Below are positions 8,938-16,407 of a stretch of DNA of 64,000 nt, piece by piece. Within the stretch, counting starts at the first letter, position 1, and the number at the start of each line of letters is the position of its first letter. The translations under genes were made by a program, and so were the position numbers. Source of the DNA: a virus (lineage: Duplodnaviria; Caudoviricetes); the IMG/VR virus record IMGVR_UViG_3300010429_001810, positions 1,283-65,282 of that record; one strand, given 5' to 3'. The notes beneath the pieces were generated by a model that was not told the origin of the DNA, searched no databases, and saw nothing but the letters and a program-made list of their open reading frames with translations.

Positions 8938-10019
8938 GACAAACTCTCCGTATTAGTTTGCAACCAGTAGATCGGGAACCCATTCTTCTTGAACTTCTTG
9001 ACCAAGTGCTGATCTTGTTTGTCCAAGTAATTGGGATCTCCATACACCACCATCGCACATGGGGAAGAGTTTCTAACGAAACCTTCAGTGTAGATTGTGG
9101 AAATGTATGTAAGCCGTCTTTCAATGGAATAACTCTCGTATGCAGCTCTGGCACCCGTCCATCCTTCCCAGTACTTTACATACGTTTTCTCCACATCCAA
9201 CTCACCAGTCTGCTCGTTGTAATACGAGTAGCAGTCTTGCTGGTAAATTCTTCGGAGTTCCGATTGTGCTTGATCTATCACTAGACCAATCATTACTGGA
9301 CATTCTTCTTGGAAGTACTTGTACCGAGCTAACAGACTTCCCATTTCCATGGGAAAGCACTCTGCTGCCAACTCTCGGTGGGATTGAGTTTCAAACTGGA
9401 AGAGCTTCCTGGCAATCTTCCGTGTGTAATTCTTTTCATCCCCCCATAAGAACTGGTCGGGTTCCGAGTTGAACCCAAAGAGCTTACTATTCTCTTCGTA
9501 TGGTGCTGTACCATACAAACCTAGCCACCGTACACATAGCATTCCATCCAGACTGGCATGGGAGTGTAAAACATCCCATCCAGATTCTTGGATAGTTTTC
9601 TGAACAAGTCTGGGTAATTCCCATGTACCAGGTATTACTGTCAACCAACCCTCATGGATTTTATCTTCCTTGAATATCGCATCTTCTGAGTAATCATCTT
9701 GAATACGATACAATCCATACTCATCTTCACCATCCAAGTAGATTGAATTTCCGTAATCATCTTTGCATACCAAAGCTTGAGAAAACCAATCTACATCCAC
9801 TTTGGGTTCTGGTGCAGTCAATGGAAATTCCACACCGTCTTCATCAGTAACGTACACTAAATCTCCGTAGTCATTCATGACCAGTATCGGAGAGTTATTT
9901 ACATACTGATAACCAGAGCGCAATCCTGGTTTGTAAGGATTGCTGCGTTCCACCTGATTCCATTGCCGACGAATCAGTTTTGAGGTGTGGCATCCCCATA
10001 AATCTTTACCATCCACCAT
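8934..10019 (-). CDS. Hypothetical protein (about 361 aa)
   Basis: Long ORF; probable start MVDGK coupled (TGATG) to an 18-aa upstream ORF; ATGA overlap with the downstream gene. Confidence 0.8.
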   Translation of the reverse strand: MVDGKDLWGCHTSKLIRRQWNQVERSNPYKPGLRSGYQYVNNSPILVMNDYGDLVYVTDEDGVEFPLTAPEPKVDVDWFSQALVCKDDYGNSIYLDGEDEYGLYRIQDDYSEDAIFKEDKIHEGWLTVIPGTWELPRLVQKTIQESGWDVLHSHASLDGMLCVRWLGLYGTAPYEENSKLFGFNSEPDQFLWGDEKNYTRKIARKLFQFETQSHRELAAECFPMEMGSLLARYKYFQEECPVMIGLVIDQAQSELRRIYQQDCYSYYNEQTGELDVEKTYVKYWEGWTGARAAYESYSIERRLTYISTIYTEGFVRNSSPCAMVVYGDPNYLDKQDQHLVKKFKKNGFPIYWLQTNTESLS

Positions 10020-10075
10020 CACCCGAACATCTTTGGGTTGGATGAATGGATAGAATCTTCGAAATAGTTCTTCAT
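10019..10075 (-). CDS. 18-aa leader or remnant ORF, MKNYFEDSIHSSNPKMFG
   Basis: AGGAGAG RBS and TC-ATG; its TGA overlaps the next ATG. Confidence 0.45.
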   Translation of the reverse strand: MKNYFEDSIHSSNPKMFG

Positions 10076-10090
10076 GATCAACTCTCCTGA

Positions 10091-10597
10091 TCAGTAATAT
10101 CGTGATAAGATTTTGGGAACCTTTGTCGAGTAACACCAGGATGTATCATCTGGTGCACCCATCTCAGTCCGCATAATTTTTCTCCATGATGCATGATGAC
10201 CGCCTTCCGTGTCACTTCTGAGTACATCATAGCAGTGATCATATAGATCCTGCAAGGTGACATCAACAACACCTTGATCCCATACTCTTTTGTGGTCGTG
10301 GACAAAGCGCATAAACCAGATGGCATGTGCCATCTCATGACATGCGGTAATTGCTACCCCAAGCAGAATTTCATCCTTCGTCCAGCCTTCACTCGCTGCG
10401 ATGACATTTTCCGGGAAGATCGTAATAATACTTTCCGTACTCAGATCATGATTGATCTTGTAGTAATGGACAGCGACGGCGTCCTCTCGATTTTCATCGG
10501 GTGGTAAAATTTCCAGAGTATGTTGACCTTCGGGCCAATCCACTCTTCTCTGGATCATTTTACAATGACCGCTAAAGCCTCTGAATATGTTCTTCAT
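10091..10597 (-). CDS. SprT-like zinc metalloprotease, paralog 2
   Basis: ACHEMAH plus HHASWRKIM; shares ESIITI(Y/F)P, WT.DEIL and IMR.EMG with paralog 1. Confidence 0.7.
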   Translation of the reverse strand: MKNIFRGFSGHCKMIQRRVDWPEGQHTLEILPPDENREDAVAVHYYKINHDLSTESIITIFPENVIAASEGWTKDEILLGVAITACHEMAHAIWFMRFVHDHKRVWDQGVVDVTLQDLYDHCYDVLRSDTEGGHHASWRKIMRTEMGAPDDTSWCYSTKVPKILSRYY

Positions 10598-10744
10598 GAT
10601 CAACTCTCCAAGTTTAAACATCTGGGGGTGTATCGATCTACATACCGGGGGTCAAGATCGAATATGTTTCTTTCACGCACGATAATCTACACTCCGTCCC
10701 ATGCGTGATTTGAGACGGGGTGTGTGGCCGCTGGCTAAGCCATC

Positions 10745-10773
10745 AGTATAACACCGATAGCGAGAGTTTGCAA
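10745..10773 (-). promoter_or_regulatory. Sigma70-type promoter
   Basis: Minus strand TTGCAA-17 bp-TATACT. Confidence 0.75.
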
Positions 10774-10863
10774 GCACTATTTTCGCTGTGCTCAGAGCGT
10801 TTGGGTTCTTGTCCATAGCGTTCTTACAACGCTTACTCTGCATCTACTCCCAAATCTTGGTGA

Positions 10864-11850
10864 TTAAAACTGCCCAAGTTCTCCAAGTTCGATTTCTGTC
10901 CGTACATTATACAAAGTAGCGAACCTTGCATTTTGGACATTGCCATAATCATCCATGAACCATCTTTCACAGTGTCCATCTGAACGATACTGTAACCAAA
11001 ATAAGCGTCCGTCAATTCGCAGTAGATTCCAGTAATACTGGAATTCTGGAACAGCCACTTGTTCGATGTAGTGCATGGCACCGTTGATCTCACATGGCGC
11101 ACCATGGGTAGTCTTTTCAATCATCACATCCAAGTACAGACCAGCTTCAATCTGCTGTCCTAGTTCTCGAAAGCGGGGAACATCTTCCCAATCTTCGATA
11201 CCATCATCCATGCTCATGGGAACCAGCAAGCATTCCCAAAGAGTTCCCATGGGTTTCTTTTGATCAAGCGGAATAAAACCCCATCCACATTCATCCAGGT
11301 ACGGAATGTACCAGTTTCCATTGTGGTAAGGCACCATGTAATGCGTCCAAGCCGGAAACAATGGTTCTACACAACTGTTGTGATACTCCATTTCTTCCAG
11401 TGCTGCGATCAACTTACTGGACTCAGGTCCGTAAGCTTCGCTGAACGTCTTTCCAAATGTCACGCAACGAGCCGTGACATTCTTTCCATTGTGGCGATAA
11501 GCCACAACAAATCCGTTGGCTGCGTAGAATTCACCCGCCACCTCATTGGCCCATTCACCTGTCATGCAAGACGGACAGTTCTCATCCGCGTAAATTTCCT
11601 CGATCTTTTCACGGCTATACGCGAACTTTACCTCGGGCACATATTCTGCAGCATACAGAGCGGCTAACCCATCCTGGATGGCCCCATCCAGCATTTTTAA
11701 CATATCGGCGGCCTTATAGTCAGGCCGCGACAACAGTATCTCTCGGCGTAAAATCTTACCGGGCTTCATGCCTCGTAGCATGGATTCCTCGATGCGTGGG
11801 ATGTTCAAACCCCAGGTGTCGGCAAAGCTAACAAAGGTCTTGGTAAACAT
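10864..11850 (-). CDS. Phage hypothetical protein (about 328 aa) with SCM and PYLD motifs
   Basis: CPSCMT...ARC...YIPYLD resembles a recurring uncharacterised phage family (from memory); start refined to MFTKT. Confidence 0.75.
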   Translation of the reverse strand: MFTKTFVSFADTWGLNIPRIEESMLRGMKPGKILRREILLSRPDYKAADMLKMLDGAIQDGLAALYAAEYVPEVKFAYSREKIEEIYADENCPSCMTGEWANEVAGEFYAANGFVVAYRHNGKNVTARCVTFGKTFSEAYGPESSKLIAALEEMEYHNSCVEPLFPAWTHYMVPYHNGNWYIPYLDECGWGFIPLDQKKPMGTLWECLLVPMSMDDGIEDWEDVPRFRELGQQIEAGLYLDVMIEKTTHGAPCEINGAMHYIEQVAVPEFQYYWNLLRIDGRLFWLQYRSDGHCERWFMDDYGNVQNARFATLYNVRTEIELGELGQF

Positions 11851-11881
11851 CTTAATTCCCCATGTGTTGTGAATTGTAATC

Positions 11882-12415
11882 TTATACGTGGTAATAAAAG
11901 TCTCCATCGTCCAGCATCCAATGCGGATCACGACAGAGCCGTGAGTACACCTTTTGACGTTGAGGATCTGCGCTCCGCACCATGAAACGCCAGTAAGGAG
12001 TGGTATTGGGAGACTGTTTGATCTGGTCGATCACAGCATAGATCTGCCGTTTCAACCACAGTAGTCGGGACATGCCCTGTTTACGGGTTTCCAGTGTATC
12101 AATACTCTTCCGTGCTTGACGCACGGCACGGACATCATCTGCCCGAATGTGAGCAAATCCACTGAAGACCGCATAGCATTTTGTGTCAGATTCGGTCCAC
12201 CATTCAATTCCGAGGACGTAGTCCTCTTGGCGGATGCAAGTAAAACCTACATTGCCTTGTCCCAGTGGACGATAGTATTGAGGTGAATATTTCATGCTCA
12301 TCTCCGGCGTCAATATGACGCGCATAGTCTTGAAGTGGGAAATCCATTTCATTAGATGGGGGTCGTTACTCTGAACTGGCCCTGGTCGTGTGCGAAGAAC
12401 GATTGCTCTAAGCAC
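11882..12415 (-). CDS. Hypothetical protein
   Basis: First ORF after the 12.5-kb promoter; start uncertain. Confidence 0.65.
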   Translation of the reverse strand: MLRAIVLRTRPGPVQSNDPHLMKWISHFKTMRVILTPEMSMKYSPQYYRPLGQGNVGFTCIRQEDYVLGIEWWTESDTKCYAVFSGFAHIRADDVRAVRQARKSIDTLETRKQGMSRLLWLKRQIYAVIDQIKQSPNTTPYWRFMVRSADPQRQKVYSRLCRDPHWMLDDGDFYYHV

Positions 12416-12481
12416 ACCTTAATCACGGAAAAATGTTTGAAAAATCAAGCACTTACCCGTGAACCCCGGCGGGGTACGTAT

Positions 12482-12510
12482 AGTATACACACATTGATCA
12501 AGGGTGTCAA
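12482..12510 (-). promoter_or_regulatory. Strong sigma70 promoter heading the leftward arm
   Basis: Minus strand TTGACA-17 bp-TGnTATACT. Confidence 0.85.
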
Positions 12511-12646
12511 GTCCCCAGTGAAAATAATTCAGAGCGATGCAGAGGTTTTGGGCCATCTGATCATGAGATGTAGATCAGACATGATCAGAGTGAGAGTACT
12601 TTCGAATCAGAGTAGATAGTGGACCTCCAATCGTAGATGGCAAGAT

Positions 12647-12731
12647 GTAGTGGGAAGGTGGGAGATGTCAGGTGGGTAGTGGGAAGGTGGGAGATGTCAG
12701 GTGGGTAGAGGGAAGGGTTGAGAGTCAGGTT
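12647..12731 (+). repeat. G-rich 29-bp tandem repeat (2 exact copies and 1 degenerate)
   Basis: GTAGTGGGAAGGTGGGAGATGTCAGGTGG at 12647 and 12676; degenerate copy at 12705. Confidence 0.9.
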
Positions 12732-12875
12732 ACAGGTGGAAATATAAGGGAGTCGTACCAGATGCCCCTCTTAACCTACAGTATACTCTAACGCCTCATG
12801 TCTGGTTTGACCGCCCCTGCCCATGGACGGCGCGGGGCGGCGCAATTTGCGTGCCAGCGTCGCGTGTCCATTGCG

Positions 12876-13007
12876 TGTTACGTAACATGGGGAGTACGGT
12901 ATGCACACACCATGCCAAACCATTGACTGTATAACACATGTTACGTAACAGTATGATGACAGCACAACCCCATGCCGTGTGACATGTCAAACATGTGTTA
13001 CGTAACA
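12876..13007. repeat. Three copies of the palindrome TGTTACGTAACA
   Basis: Exact copies at 12876, 12939 and 12996; partial TGTTACGT at 13090 and 13137. Confidence 0.9.
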
Positions 13008-13143
13008 CTGCTGTACAGTATGCAGTGTCGCAATCAGTTGACATGCAGTATAAGCTATACATGCACTCACCTGATACATGGTGGGTGTCTGTTACGTCAG
13101 CACAATGCTACAGTCATGAAAATGCGACTGTCACAATGTTACG

Positions 13144-13198
13144 TTGTTTCACATGAAACAAAACTATAGCAGTATTGGTTTTGTTTCACATGAAACAA
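13144..13198. promoter_or_regulatory. parS-like/operator palindromes, copies 2 and 3
   Basis: TTGTTTCACATGAAACAA at 13144 and 13181; one mismatch to canonical parS TGTTTCACGTGAAACA. Confidence 0.75.
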
Positions 13199-13231
13199 AA
13201 AAGCCCTGCCACAATTAAGTGACAGGGCTTT
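13197..13231 (-). terminator. Intrinsic terminator for the 81-aa ORF
   Basis: 13-bp stem with one G-U pair on the minus-strand RNA, followed by U6. Confidence 0.8.
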
Positions 13232-13234
13232 GTT

Positions 13235-13480
13235 TTACTTCTTGTGATACAAGGAATTAACTCGATTGTCTATAAAGTTGAATTCCCTTGTAGGATGATA
13301 TTCAATGGTTACACTTGTGTTGCTTACTATAACGGTTGAACCATTGTTGATACAACGTTTATCGGATAGTATCAATAATCGGATAGCTTCTATAAAATGC
13401 ATAGAATCGCAACCGTACACTTCTAACGTATTCAAGATTGCGTTATGCATTTGCGCTTTTTTCATTTGAAGCTTGTTCAT
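13235..13480 (-). CDS. Hypothetical protein (81 aa)
   Basis: AAGGAG RBS; followed by a terminator. Confidence 0.65.
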   Translation of the reverse strand: MNKLQMKKAQMHNAILNTLEVYGCDSMHFIEAIRLLILSDKRCINNGSTVIVSNTSVTIEYHPTREFNFIDNRVNSLYHKK

Positions 13481-13573
13481 TGTATCAACTCCTTCAAGGT
13501 TTGGGGTTTTGACAGCAACATGTTTGCTACTGTCAGGTAAGCAAGGGTTAACGCCCTAGCAATTGCTTGTGTA

Positions 13574-13723
13574 TCATTCATGGTGCGCTTTCCTGTATAC
13601 ATGGCTTTGTCTATGCCATGTATTGTCTTGAATGTTCCGCCCATCGAACTCGACGGGATGAATGTAATGACTTAATACGCCGATATATACGGCGATTAAG
13701 ATAAAGATTAAACAGGTAAACAT
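13574..13723 (-). CDS. Small putative membrane protein (49 aa), not in the ORF track
   Basis: GGAGA RBS and TC-ATG; hydrophobic N-terminus MFTCLIFILIAVYIGVLS. Confidence 0.5.
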   Translation of the reverse strand: MFTCLIFILIAVYIGVLSHYIHPVEFDGRNIQDNTWHRQSHVYRKAHHE

Positions 13724-13743
13724 GACATTTCTCCAGATTGTGA

Positions 13744-13860
13744 CAGTGTATTAAATCGGGTACACTGGCTAACCCGCCTAATCCTGTATCGTTAGGTTGA
13801 CAGGCGGATTAGGCTACCTGTCAACCTGTTGAGACTGTCACTGATTCAGTGCAGTCTCAA
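13744..13860 (-). ncRNA. Candidate pseudoknot or structured intergenic RNA
   Basis: Interleaved stems 13776-84 with 13806-14 (9 bp) and 13794-804 with 13817-27 (11 bp), flanked by two hairpins. Confidence 0.4.
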
Positions 13861-13978
13861 TTTGTTGTGCCCTGTTAGCAAATTTACTGATATGATTGCT
13901 GCTTATGTCAATCGCATTATACAGGAACATACCGATTAGAGAAATAACCAAAATGTTGCGAAGTGTAGAAGCGTTCAT
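13838..13978 (-). CDS. Small putative membrane protein (46 aa)
   Basis: GGAG RBS and TC-ATG at MNAST; hydrophobic ILVISLIGMFLY. Confidence 0.55.
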   Translation of the reverse strand: MNASTLRNILVISLIGMFLYNAIDISSNHISKFANRAQQIETALNQ

Positions 13979-14014
13979 GATCGTACTCCAATGTTTCAGT
14001 TTTGTTGGGTTGCT

Positions 14015-14032
14015 TTGTTTCATATGAAACAA
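14015..14032. promoter_or_regulatory. parS-like/operator palindrome, copy 4
   Basis: TTGTTTCATATGAAACAA. Confidence 0.7.
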
Positions 14033-14069
14033 AGCTTTTGGTTAATGGGGCATCCATGCCCCATGTATG

Positions 14070-14651
14070 TTACGCTTTCTTAGCGGCTGGCTTGCTGGCG
14101 GCTGGCTTGCTGGCGGCTGGCTTGGAATATTTTTCCAAGATTGCTGCAATACTTAGGGAAGTATTCTCAAACGCTACCCTGTTATTGCCTTGCTTAGCAG
14201 CTTCAAGGTTTAACACTTCCTTTGCTCCTGCTTGACGCGCTTTTGCGTTTGACTGTGCGCTTACCATGCTCGCTGCAAGTCTACCTTCAACGCTACCTAA
14301 CGCGCTATCCTGACGGGGGCGTGCAAATGACATGCCCGCCTTAATCGCCGTCTCGTCAATGCCACGTAACGCTACATGCGCATTTTTGGTTAAACCATGC
14401 GTTAAAGCATAGTCAAATTGCGCCATCACGAAGTTATGCGTCCGCCCTTTAGTACCATCACCTGCTAAAGGTACACAAAAATAAGCGAGCGGATTTGTCA
14501 TGGTAGACTGGACTGTGCCGTTAGCATGTAGCGTGTATCTTTTGCCTAACAATCCAGTCCAGTATGCAGCTACATCGCTAGCGCATGTTGAAGCTTTAAC
14601 CGCATCGTTTAAACGAGCGATTGCGTTATTAAGATTGGTTTGGTTAGTCAT
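14070..14651 (-). CDS. Hypothetical protein (193 aa) with KPAAS histone-H1-like tail
   Basis: Start refined to MTNQT (AAGGT RBS, TC-ATG); ends KPAASKPAASKPAAKKA (15-bp repeats). Confidence 0.8.
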   Translation of the reverse strand: MTNQTNLNNAIARLNDAVKASTCASDVAAYWTGLLGKRYTLHANGTVQSTMTNPLAYFCVPLAGDGTKGRTHNFVMAQFDYALTHGLTKNAHVALRGIDETAIKAGMSFARPRQDSALGSVEGRLAASMVSAQSNAKARQAGAKEVLNLEAAKQGNNRVAFENTSLSIAAILEKYSKPAASKPAASKPAAKKA

Positions 14652-14781
14652 GATTCTTACCTTTTGTTTGCAGCCTTGCGGAATGCTTGGCTTGCGATTG
14701 GAATGATGCACAGCAAATGCCAAGTTTCAAAACTATTTTGTAAGTTGCTGATTCCAAAACAATTTTATTTTTAAAGTTCTT

Positions 14782-15167
14782 TTGTTTCATGCGAAACAAG
14801 CATACGTAATATGAATTACGTTTTATTACGTAATTCAAAACGGGTCAAAATGAATCACAAGTAGTTCAAAATGAACTTTTGCAGTTCAAAATGGACCGTC
14901 AATCCATGGTGACACTACGCAAGTGCTTGTTTATAAAATAAAATTCACAAAACATAGGCGAAGCCCTTGGAGACTACTCTTAACCTATACAACGAAGATA
15001 ACGCCAGTTTTTCAAATTAAGTAAAAATTGTTTCATACGAAACAAACTACCACATCTCTTTCCATACCCCAAAGATAACACCAATACTATGCTGCATACG
15101 AAACAAACTACAATCCTAAAATTGAACTTCTGTGGCTTGTCCTATTGCGTTGTTTCACATGAAACAA
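14782..15167. promoter_or_regulatory. parS-like/operator palindromes, copies 5-7, plus one half-site
   Basis: TTGTTTC-ATGC-GAAACAA at 14782, TTGTTTC-ATAC-GAAACAA at 15028, TTGTTTC-ACAT-GAAACAA at 15150; CATACGAAACAAACTAC at about 15095. Confidence 0.7.
14835..14893 (+). repeat. Helically phased TCAAAA repeats
   Basis: TCAAAA at 14835, 14845, 14866 and 14886; AGTTCAAAATG exact twice. Confidence 0.7.
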
Positions 15168-15420
15168 ACCTAAAATATAACATTTTGTGGCTTACCATTC
15201 CCATCACCACCCAGACCACTAACCATTATCATTTCCATCCCAATCATCTATAACACCTATTAACTATCTACATCTATAACACATGTCACACACCACCTTC
15301 CCTTCATACCATCCACACCACCTTACACGTATTCCATTCGTAAATTTCTCATCGTGTAAAAATAAATCCATAAAAAATGATAGGAAATTTTCAACACCTG
15401 AAATTTCGTTTCAGTAAAAT

Positions 15421-15450
15421 TTGACATGCTGACTATCCATCATATAAACT
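15421..15450 (+). promoter_or_regulatory. Possible rightward sigma70 promoter
   Basis: TTGACA-18 bp-TAAACT upstream of the first rightward ORF. Confidence 0.5.
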
Positions 15451-15481
15451 GTCCATTCACTTTATTCGGAGTATTTAAATC

Positions 15482-15655
15482 ATGTTAGAACATTACAACA
15501 TTCAAATTAGTATTTTAGAAACACTCTTAAATTTACATGGAAAAGAACTCAATATTCGACATGTGTTGGATAAACTAGAATATCTGAAACACTGTATCCG
15601 CACAATGGAAGATGAGGTATATTATTGGGAGTTGTATTTCGGACGGTTACCTTAA
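15482..15655 (+). CDS. Small hypothetical protein (57 aa), not in the ORF track
   Basis: GGAG RBS; MLEHYNIQ...YFGRLP. Confidence 0.55.
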   Translation: MLEHYNIQISILETLLNLHGKELNIRHVLDKLEYLKHCIRTMEDEVYYWELYFGRLP

Positions 15656-15696
15656 TAAATAATGCTTCATGGCCTTCTGCCATGAAGCATTATTTA
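15656..15696 (+). terminator. 18-bp stem-loop
   Basis: TAAATAATGCTTCATGGC-cttct-GCCATGAAGCATTATTTA. Confidence 0.7.
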
Positions 15697-15714
15697 AGAA
15701 TATAGAGTTTAAGT

Positions 15715-16407
15715 ATGAATACTATTGGTAAAAAATACGGAAAACTAACCATTATTGCTTATGTAGATCACACTTGGAGTGCTCGGTATTTATGTCGGTG
15801 TGAATGTGGAAATACAAAAATAGAAGCATTAAGTAATTTAAATCGTAGAAAACGAACTAAATTTGATTGTGGTCAATGTCCAAAAACCGATGAAGAATAT
15901 AAACAATACTTTTTGTCGAAAGTGACTAAAACAGATTCATGTTGGTTGTGGAATCAAACTGTAGATCGAGATGGTTATGGATCAATCAACATTGACAATG
16001 TTCGTTTAAAAGCGCACCGTGCTGCTTATTTTATTTTTATTGGAGATATAGATGATAGTAAATTTGTTTGCCATCGTTGTGATAATCCTACATGCGTCAA
16101 TCCCGATCATTTGTTTTTAGGAACCCATCAAGACAATGAACGGGATAAAGATTTAAAAGGAAGACGCCCTATATCCATCTATCATAAACAAACCCAATTC
16201 ACTGACACAGATATTCTTAACATTAGAAAACTTTTCAATGAATTAAAAGGTACTAAAATAAATAGATATAGAACTTTAGCGACTTCATTCAATTGTAATG
16301 CACGAAGTATTGAACGAATTGTTAAACAACAATTCTTTAAAAATGTAAAAGCCAAAGAACCTTCGAATGAAGTCAATCAATTTTCCTTTTTATCGAGATT
16401 AAAATAA
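15715..16407 (+). CDS. HNH homing endonuclease with N-terminal CxCxCG domain
   Basis: GKKYGKLT..CRCECGN; CWLWN..GYG..AHRAAY..CHRCDNPTCVNPDHLFLGT..N. Confidence 0.9.
   Translation: MNTIGKKYGKLTIIAYVDHTWSARYLCRCECGNTKIEALSNLNRRKRTKFDCGQCPKTDEEYKQYFLSKVTKTDSCWLWNQTVDRDGYGSINIDNVRLKAHRAAYFIFIGDIDDSKFVCHRCDNPTCVNPDHLFLGTHQDNERDKDLKGRRPISIYHKQTQFTDTDILNIRKLFNELKGTKINRYRTLATSFNCNARSIERIVKQQFFKNVKAKEPSNEVNQFSFLSRLK

Noticed and set aside
10833-11120. 95-aa alternative-frame ORF
   Set aside because: It lies almost wholly inside the 328-aa gene on the same strand and has no clear RBS
12979-12990. matS-like site GTGACATGTCA
   Set aside because: Spacing and end differ from GTGACRNYGTCAC; single copy
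12771-13169. Short ORFs over the TGTTACGTAACA tract
   Set aside because: No RBS, Cys-rich products that follow the DNA repeats, and conflicting frames on both strands
13144-15167. CRISPR mini-array made of the 18-bp palindromes
   Set aside because: The repeats are too short and irregularly spaced (19 bp to over 800 bp apart, with genes between them), and there are no cas genes
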